A stretch of 64,000 nt of DNA from Antedon mediterranea (Eukaryota; Animalia; Echinodermata), in assembly GCF_964355755.1 (NCBI RefSeq), contig NC_092679.1:21187432-21251431 (forward strand), in the 5' to 3' direction. Made by a program: the position numbers and the translations under genes. Each line of letters begins with the position of its first letter. Position 1 is the stretch's first letter. The notes below the pieces were generated by a model. That model saw only the letters and a program-made list of their open reading frames with translations. It was not told where the DNA came from and ran no database searches. This document shows positions 54,256-64,000 of this stretch, piece by piece.

Positions 54256-55118
54256 CAACTCTCCTTTCTCTTTTCTCATTTCCAATGTATTCTATCTGTA
54301 AGTTTTCTGTTTCTGTTTAGGAAACATAAATTGAATTCGTTATACAAAAATTAACAACACTGAGCACATGATACCTATTGTTGAATACAATTGTACAATA
54401 ATATTGTTGTTATCAAATTATTCGTCTTTCGTTGAAAAAGATACATTTTTATGTTGCGGGTATAGTGAATGGACAACGATCCGCCGGGCTGGAGATTTCA
54501 CAACCTTGACCCGAAAGCCGCAAACTTGAAAACCAGCTCGCCTTATTTCCTTGCTATTCTGATGGTCAACTAATTACTGTGAATTAATTAACAACTGATT
54601 GTGAGATATAAGGATTCATCGTTAGGCCAAGGCTGTTGCACAATAGTAAATCCAGAAGGAGTATTATTAAACGTAAATAACAGTCAGTCCCGTGTTTATT
54701 GAATATGATGCTTTACAGATAATCATGCTAAGCTTAGCTAGCAAGTGTTTTGAACAATAATAATAATAATAATAATAATGTAAACGAATTGTTATAATTA
54801 TTCTATTATTAGTTTATGATTTATTTATTTCTCAGTTTAATGTTTAGATTAGATTTCTGTATTTTATTCAATATTTTTTTATACAGCTCACTATGTCGGT
54901 CGGTCGGTTCGTCGGTAAACACTAACTTGAGCACGCCACTGCAGCCATAATGGCCTTGTTTTTCACTATGGCTATGCATTTAATATTATTATAAATTCAC
55001 AGTAATAAAAAATAACTTTAACCTAACGTATGATAGATAGAAAATTAATGTTTCCTAATACATTATTATAAATAAATGTTTACGTACGGTACTATAACAA
55101 AGAACAGAACATGAATAC

Positions 55119-55256
55119 AATGGAACCCTCTAATTTGACAGACCCCTATGAAAGAGGACATCCTATTAAAGGGACACTTTCCTCTGAAATGAATGTGGGG
55201 AGTATGTTTTAACACCACCGACACCAAAGTTGTCCCTTTAATAGAGGTTCTGCTGT
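55119..55256. mobile_element. Tc1/mariner-like MITE
   Basis: TA|caatggaaccctctaa...ttaatagaggttctgctg|TA; related to 31172. Confidence 0.65.
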
Positions 55257-57419
55257 AGTGTACATATAACTTGATCACTTCAACTTAAATTGACATTACA
55301 AAACTAGCATAGGCCTATACAAGTTGTACATAGGCCTAATATAATTGAATTGTAAAACATAGAAAATATTTTACAATCAGCTATCTTTGTCGGAACGATT
55401 GAAACTAAAATATTGTAAAAACTTTGTTTGAAAAAAAAAATTGATTGTGCTTCACTTTTCGTAATTTTTAGGTTAGCCTGCAGTACCAAAAGTTAGAATT
55501 GTTCTCTTGCCTTTTCAATTGTTGTCAATATTTTTGTATCTCATTTGTTTAAGAACAAAAATACAAAATAAGACCACACTAAGATATAATATTTGAATGA
55601 TGCGGAAACTGGACATAAAATACGAATACCAGCTGAACTTGGAGAAATGATTCCGAGTTCTTAAAAAAATAAATATTGATAAAAAAATGAAAAAGTTAAA
55701 TTAAAAGTTCTCAATCTTTATTTTCCCATCATAATCACAAAGGTACTCTTGTCTTGTAATCAAACTTTTTAAAATTAGAATAAAATACTAATAAAAAAAA
55801 AAAAAAAAAAAAATGTCATCATATAGAAAGAAAACCAAATGATATAAACAAAATAACAAATTATATATTTAAAAAAATAGTTGCAGAATTTGAATATTAA
55901 TCTTTCTGCCTGGTGATTAATCTTTTTAATATTTGAGTAATAATTTAAAAAAAAAGAAATGTCGTTGGAACTATAGAAAAGAAAACTATAAAATACAAAC
56001 AAACATTATTTATTTAAACTAAATAGTTGAAGAATCTGAAAATTAATCGTGCTGTACGTCAATTAAAAATGGAATAAATACTTAAAGTGTTAATCAAAGT
56101 TGTTGTAATCGATCATAAAGTGAGTTAATGTTACAAGTGTCACAGAAGATTATGAGTGGCGACTATTTTGGGCGACCTAATGACACGACCGCCGGGTAAT
56201 CATTATGATGAGCGTATGGTAAACGCGATATTACGAATAATTAACCGTTTCGCGTTCGCATTCTTATAAACGTTTGCTATTGTTACAGTTTTTCTTTTGT
56301 CGTTACGAATTTTCATCGGAGAAAATTAGGCAAAGGATAATTTGTTTGTAAGCTGCTTTATAATATTAACAGTTAACTATTAACTTGTATACCAATTTTA
56401 ATGACGATAAAGAATAAGCAAATATGTATCATTTTAAATAATTGTTTGTGACATGCGCAGTAGCAATGATAACGGTTTAATACCGTTATGACAAATATAT
56501 TGTTTTAATTTACGAATTGAAAAAAAAAATTTCAGGCTTTTTTTAAAAATTTTAATTTATTATAAAAGAGACTTTATTTAGCCCTTCCAACAAAATTGTT
56601 TTATTTTCAGGAGGGGAAATAATTGTATACCAATTATATTCATAATAGTAAAATTATTATTATAATTATTGTGAAGTTGATTTTTATTTATAAGAAAAGA
56701 TTAGTGTTACCTGAAAGCTTCAAGAGTTTCTTTGGTTTTTATTTTATCGTTTTGATTTAGCTTTTTATTTTTTTATTTCTATCTCCATTGAGATCCAGCC
56801 AATAATACCCACACCATTGTAATTTTGTTTTGCCCTTTGATTCATTTATAATACTGTTTTAAAAAAAAATATTATTTGAATAGCATCGTCAGCGTAATTG
56901 ATTATTGTTAACCTTCCATTGAGAAGACATTTACTGTACTTAAAGTGGACATTTTCAAAATCAAACGTATCTCAAATAGTTATAAATGGCTATTTTAATG
57001 GATCTGTACACTTTGTTATACGTCTAATTGGGAACCATTTCATATCAAGTAATGTCCTTGGAAACCCAAGGCTACAAGTGCTCCCTATCTTACCCCATCT
57101 TAGGCCACTTAATCAAACTATGCCCAAAATTATGTGATTTTAAAAGTCAATTATACAGTACTACCAAAAGTCCTCGTGACATTTAAGTAAAAAAATATCT
57201 AATTTTAGAGATCTTGTTATACTTTGATTACATTCATCTGCTGCCCATATACCCTGCGGTAAATATGTTCTTTCATGTCGTAGAAAGAGGCGCACATGAG
57301 ACAATTTTCTATCAGCATTTGCACGCGCGTGCTAAATGTTGTGTCCCGTATACATGAACCTGATTGGCTTACAGTACAGTACTGCCCCTTTCATGTTTTT
57401 ATATTTTTCTTTATATGAA

Positions 57420-57715
57420 TAAATCAGTTGATTCAATTTGATCAATTACATAAAATGGATTGATCAAATTCGATCAGTATAAATCAATTGATCAAATTTA
57501 ATCAATATAAAATCGATTGATCCAATTTGATCAATAAACATAAATCGTTTAATCAAATTCAATCAATATGAAATCGATTAATACAATTTCATCAACATAC
57601 ATCGATTGATTACATTTGATCAATATAAATCGATTTATCTAATTTGATCAATAAACATAAAATCGATTAATCAAAATGTTATCAATATATATCATCGATT
57701 GATCAAATTTGATAA
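57420..57715. repeat. Degenerate ~28-31-bp palindromic tandem repeat
   Basis: Unit approximately aaatcgattgatcaaatttgatcaatat, about 10 copies. Confidence 0.8.
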
Positions 57716-60700
57716 TTTGTTTAATTCGTCGTCATTCGGCTGTCCTATTCGTTCGAGTGTTCGTATTCATTCGTTCTTTTCGCCTGTTGCTACCTTTAGC
57801 AGTGGAATATTCAATATGATATACTATTACCATACCTACAACGAATTAAGAATCTAAATGAAGTATGTACTCATTTTAATAGAGTATCGGTATAGAGAAT
57901 TGAGTCATTTATGGGTCAAAAAATACGGTTAGTAGGCCTACCAATGATGAGAGTTGTCTGACGCACCACCATCAACCATCATTAACAAACTCGTTTGGTC
58001 GCTTGAATTTTATTTTTACAATTTTTTGTTCTAAATATAGATCGGATTGCCTACGCGGACGGACGGATATATCTGAATTAAATTTGACATTTGATACGTA
58101 AGATTCCTAGAATTGTATAATATACTTAATCCTAAAAAAAAAATGTGCGGTATTGTTTTTTACAACTGTATATATAACCGCGTTAAATTACACTGGCCAT
58201 TAAGAATTAACTAACTCAAGTGTATGTGGTAACATAATGATGAAATTGGTTGGTCAATATTGACGCAGTGATTATGATTATGTCGTTAAAAGGTCATGGT
58301 GTGTATGGTCACTATTAAGGGTCAAGTTTCGGACTGGTGTTTCTCCAGCCGATTACAGTAATGAAAATTTAAACTGTCGTAATGACGATTTATACTGTTG
58401 AAATGGCGATTATATAATGACGGTATACCGGTTATATGATTGGGAGTTATGGATTTTCTTTCAAGAAATGCTAGATGGGCGAGGTCAACTAATTTTCTAT
58501 GTTTTCCCTAATATATGGGTCTTTTGAAGGTGGTCACCCCCGGTACGCTGTAGTTGATGTAGGCCTGATATTAAAAGCAAACAATAACATGACAACAATA
58601 ACGATATGTGCATAAAATATGATTTTCGAAAAATTGTTTATAATGTATTACTTTTTTTATGAAATTACACAAAAATAAAATAAAATTGATCAGGATTAAT
58701 AGATTAAACCAATTATGTACAGACCGACAGTCTATCATACTTCTATGTGCTGTCTGATTTTTAGTGTTTTCGGTGCCACACTTAAGCACAAACTTGGAAA
58801 AAAACACACCATTGTCATTTTTAATGAGTTATTTATTAAGAATCTCTTTGTACGTTTATGTAAAATAATAATCCAAATTATGCCGGCTCCATGACAGTGT
58901 TAAATGGTCAGTTTAAAACCTTGACCGGAAATGGTGTCACGCGTATAACCTCATAAGGTCAAGAGGACAAATGGATTAACAAGTTTGAACAATGACTTGT
59001 CGTACACAACCACTGTCAACCAATTACCAAACACAATTAATACAAATGTAAAGTTACACTTTTTAATAGCTCACTATTTTATTTTCGTGATGGCTTTTGT
59101 ATGCTTTTGTCTTAATACATTTTCTTGACCTCTGGTCAATTTTGATTTCTGACCATAATAAAGAGAATTATCGATCCGATTATATCCAAATACACGTTTC
59201 TGCCTAATCCGTTTAATCCTAGATAATCCTGATTTCTTTCAAGATGTACTACAATCATTTTACCGATGATGAAGACCATTTAGTGAAATACAATAATTAC
59301 GAATATTGCGTTGTGCATGAATTGCCTAAATTGACCTTTCAACTCTGTTTTTTTTTATTATTGATAAATGCTCCGATATCATAAAGACGTAGTTTGATCA
59401 GGAAGTTGTACAACTCCCTGGTTTGGTCTATATATATTATTTAGTACAATACGTAATTTCGTTCCCAATCTCAGCATTTTCGACTTCTTGTGTGTCAGCC
59501 CTGATGGGAAATATTCCTAATGTTTGAAAAACATCCATTTCTAATATGACCTTAAATGGTAACACCTTATACAGCAATAAATGATTAAAGGACGATCATC
59601 ACTGGTAGTAGGCCTAAACCCAAGTTTCCCTCTTGTCGGTTTTATAAGTTTAAAACATAAAGATGTATTGTCCCCTAAAAACAAGTTTTTGGTCAAAGTA
59701 AATACTGTGACATTAAAATGGCATATTCATAAACAATTATCTATAACGTTTCATTTTTTTTCTAGTATAAAATGTGTTTTTAGAAAATATGATAAAGTAA
59801 TTAGACTGACCTATTTATTTTGTCTTATAAAAAGAAATGCCATCTTTTAAAAATCTACCTTATTTATGATCCTAATTAAATTAGACATTATTAGACAAGG
59901 GGCTGATCGTTCAGATGGTCAGTGGACGGCCCACTATTTCCTCAGGTCAATGACATCGGTCATCTAAATTAGGCCGGTAATCGCCGGTGATGACTTTATT
60001 TTAATGCGGTTTCATCGCGGGTACAAAAATACATGACGGGTGGGATTTACTCTCTGTCATTAGTCCGTCAAATGGGCTACAAGGCTGACTGTTGACTTTT
60101 CGACCAAACCTTGATTATTGTGTTCAGAAAATAACACAGTCATTTAGTTTAGATAGTTTGAAGATCTGAAATAATACAAAAGTTTTGTATAGGCCTATAG
60201 CCTAAAATAGTAATGTTTCAATGTGTCACAGAAGAACGCTATGTAATAAATTTAGAAATTTCTTTTTAACAAACCGTTTAATTTAAATCATTACATTTAC
60301 TGTATGTAGGCCTAATACTCATTTCAATTTGCCCATCAAAACTCAGCAGTTATACACACACCGGGCTTTAGGAACCGGTGTTTTTTATGTGTAAGCCTAA
60401 AGCATGGCTCCCTTCTCGACGTAAGATAATGAATCCGTTTTGTTACGACTACGTTTGAGTTGTCGCAAGGAAGTGTAGGCCTACAGCGAACCGAATGTTT
60501 GTGAAATCGATGCACCGCAAGAAGCATATTGTATCAAGAGTTTTGCTAGGAGATGTAAGAAGAAGTCCTAAAAGTGCTTAAATTATGCCATCTTGCCATA
60601 CAAAGCTTATTCATAGAACTAGGCCTACATGAAAGACAAAAGAGTACCATATGCGGGAAGTAGGGTACATAGTAACATTTTATTACTCGTTATTACTTGT

Positions 60701-63264
60701 TACTGTTTAGTAGGAACATATTTTATCGATATTTTTTATGTTATAATTTAAAATGATTTCCGTAATAAAACATTTGACTTTTTTTGTGGATGTGGACGCA
60801 GCGCTTAGTGTAAACTTGAATTAGTTCTGTTTTTAAGTTGCTTTATTGAAAATCATTTTAACTTTAATATTATACATTTCGGAAACACGCCAAACTTTTT
60901 GCAAATTTAACTTTAATTTATTAAGCATTTATTAGTACAGTATGTGTCACAAAGTATTTTCTTGAAAGATTTCGATCTCATCTGAGGATACAGTGGCCGC
61001 CAGAACTGAAATTAGTTATTTCTTTTAAGCAATTTAATTCTAATTTAATAACTATTTTTTGACAGAAATCGATGAAAACATACCTCATATTAAAGATACA
61101 TGGCCGCATTGAAAATAATGTTTACATTTTTATTGGTGATAATATTACATAATATAAAAAGGTTGGATCGAAAATATAAATAGGCCTATATTTACATGAA
61201 AAACCAAGAAAAGAATCGTCATCAAGCCCCTAAACAATACATCTTAAACAAGAAAAATGTGAAAACCACACAAAGTTGTATGTTTGATGAACTATCGAAT
61301 ACCTACCTCACAGTTTAAAAATAAACTGGCAGAAAAACAACAAATTATTCAATACAATAATAAGGAGGAAAAATAAGAAAGCTATGATAGGTGACCACTT
61401 GACTAAAGGCTATTTGGTCAGCATTTGTAACCACGATACAAAGAAAGCCATCTGGACAATCAACCCAGGAGATATCGCCTTTGGACAATTCCATGCATAA
61501 TAAATTCTAGTAATTAATAGCATTAAAATATTATTTTAATTTACCACGCTTTTTTGTTGTTGTGTATCGTTGTCGGTCGTGACCAGGGTTAATTAGATAT
61601 CAAGCATTTTAAACATTGAAATTATGTAAGCGTTTTGCGATGTAAGGATAATTTAGCAACGAATTCATTACCACATAGCTTATAGTTGTGCACTTAAACG
61701 CGTTATTTCTTACGTATGAGAAGGAAAACAAATTATTTAAAATAAATAATATCATTGGTCTGAATATAATATACACGGAGCAAGGTTGTAAAATATAAAT
61801 ATTGTTCCAAATGGTTAGCAGAACATAGATTATAAAGAAATGTTATACATTATAACGTTGTGTTATTATTTCCAATTGGCCAACGGAATGTAGTTGTACA
61901 ATATGAAAAAAAAACTCCTTCTTGTTTTGTAAAATCTAAAATAAAATAATAGCCTAAGACAACCGTACTTCAAGAAATAAAGCTATACACTTATGGAGTA
62001 TCATTCAATTTTCGGCATTCGTTAAAAATTAATATTTTACCGACTAAAATAGAATGTTAGCCTATTCTATTACCGCACCTAAATATAACAACGATATCCT
62101 CCTCCTACGTTATTTGATGGTCAGTTATAAGTCACAACATTTTCAGACATTTTTTAGATGAAAATAGTTTACAGTTTAAAAATGGACATAAATTCAGATA
62201 GGTCCATGGTTATAATGAATACGTTTGAAACATAATTACATGAGGTGACTGAATTACAATTAAACAATGGTATTTAGATGGTATAAGATTAGGAAGAAAT
62301 ATCCTATACCAGCAATATATTTTTGCCCTAAAGCTTATAAGTCTATGTACAATAACTATTACTAATGTTTATTGTATTATTAATCATAAAATATGCGGTC
62401 ATTGTTTTGGCTGTTTCTACCAAATTCCGTAATTTTTAGCCAATTCTCGGTATACAGTATACGGTACTCTACCTAAATTTTCCCAGTATCAGACGCAAGT
62501 TCTGTGATACAGCATAACATGTAAAATGTGTATGTATCATAGACCATAACCCAACCATTAAACCAATCCTTCCATGATACAGGCATCACATGTGATACGA
62601 ATGAGATGCTGTATTACGGAATTTGCAAATTCCGTAATACAGCATTGGATTGGACAAATTGCCATAATGTGAATTTACAGCACTGAGAATCAGCTGTAAA
62701 TTCTGAAAACGTTTTTTTAGACAATTGTTTATCACATACTGTTTAGCATGTAAATGTTGTTTTCATAAATTAATAATAATGATTTAAAAATAGATATCTG
62801 AATGATTTAATTTCCAACAGGGAATCTGAATAATATATATTACAATATATTTTTACTCTCACTTGTATAGGCTATCTATAAAATAATATTAATATGTGTA
62901 AAAGCATTATATGATGGTGTTATGACCCTTTAAATTACACAATTATACGAAAATACTCGGTTCAAATCGGACATCGATGAATTTTAACTAACAAAACGTT
63001 CGATTTGATAATTAAACTCTCCCGCGTGTCTTTTCATGTTTCTCCGTTGGAATTGTATTTTTAAATTTATGAACCTTCTATTTCAGTATTAAGCGAAGAT
63101 TGTATTTAAAAGGAAATTATTTAGATAGCTTTAATTGAATAATCTATGTATTTGTTTGTTTAACAAAACAGGTGAACGAATTTTCAGATTTTTATGCGGA
63201 TTAATTTGATATGTGACACCCAGGAAAGATTAACTACTCGTAGATGCCTCGTGTCAAAGATAGC

Positions 63265-63500
63265 AGATAATAATGGTACGGATTTTGTACGCGCGCGTCC
63301 AAGTATTGATAACAATGGTATAGTTGTACGCGCGCGTCCTAATGTTGATAATAATGATATGGATTTTGTACGCACGCGTCAAAGTGGTGATAATATAATA
63401 TGGATTTTGTACGCGCGCGTCAAAGTGCTGACAATAGTATGGATTTGTACGCGCGCGTCCGAGTGCTGATATGGTTACACGCGTGCGTTCTAATAACGGT
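63265..63500. repeat. Degenerate ~39-bp CpG-rich tandem repeat
   Basis: Unit approximately atggattttgtacgcgcgcgtcaaagtgttgataataat, about 6 copies. Confidence 0.8.
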
Positions 63501-64000
63501 ATGGAATTTAGTGTTGTCAAATTTCTTTAGGATGATGTTTCATGTTCCATCCTGTTATAAATTAAGCTGTTTAAAAAAACAAAACAAAAGTAGGTAAACT
63601 TTCAAAATATTTTAAAGAACAAAAAGAAGTAATGGACACATGGACATTCTTGGAATGAAAATTCAACAATGGACTATATAAATTAATATTACCAGCGTTA
63701 CAACAATTAAATATGTGTAAGTTATTCAACAAGTCGTGTTATATTAGCTACCCAGCTTAAATAGGAAATCTGTACTTGACCGAGATAGCTATAATACAAT
63801 GATAGTAAGTATTAAAATCCTTTAATAATACTGGTATCGTGTTATAACAATCATATCTGAATTGATACATATTACAATATTTTTTGTTGTAATTTACCAT
63901 TTTCATATTTTTCATATTGTGTGGACATTGTCTTAGAACGCATTTAAGATTTCCAAAATGCGTGGAAATTGTTTCAAAGGCGTTGATCTGTTTGTGAGAT

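Noticed and set aside
51500-64000. Protein-coding gene in the right-hand 12 kb
   Set aside because: Only short AT-biased ORFs with no recognisable domains or consistent exon chain; a small or non-coding exon cannot be excluded.

Overview
AT-rich, intron-rich animal (invertebrate) genomic DNA. It is not prokaryotic, so most entries in the ORF track are exon fragments or noise. An echinoderm-like origin is a guess from the ependymin-related gene expansion and the repeat types. From left to right: (1) 2.2-16.2 kb holds three tandem six-exon genes for secreted ependymin-related proteins (EPDR). The ORF track largely misses them; I rebuilt them by hand from GT-AG junctions. All three are open and 196 aa long. 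Copies 1 and 2 are about 88% identical, while copy 3 has a near-identical signal peptide on a strongly diverged mature domain. (2) A 2.6-kb fold-back DNA transposon with ~820-bp inverted arms (Academ-like). (3) Four housekeeping genes in two head-to-head pairs: COQ8(-)/MCM5(+) and PUS10(-)/ZC3H14(+). PUS10 carries a U12-type intron. (4) About 12 kb with no gene that I can find. Scattered throughout are a non-autonomous Helitron sitting ~105 bp upstream of the EPDR-2 start codon, a 5S-rRNA-derived SINE, tRNA-derived SINEs, LINE and Penelope fragments, many MITEs and several minisatellites. The best leads are the mosaic, diversifying EPDR cluster and a self-contained pseudoknotted RNA-like module in an MCM5 intron. 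Coordinates were read by eye; repeat boundaries are approximate.
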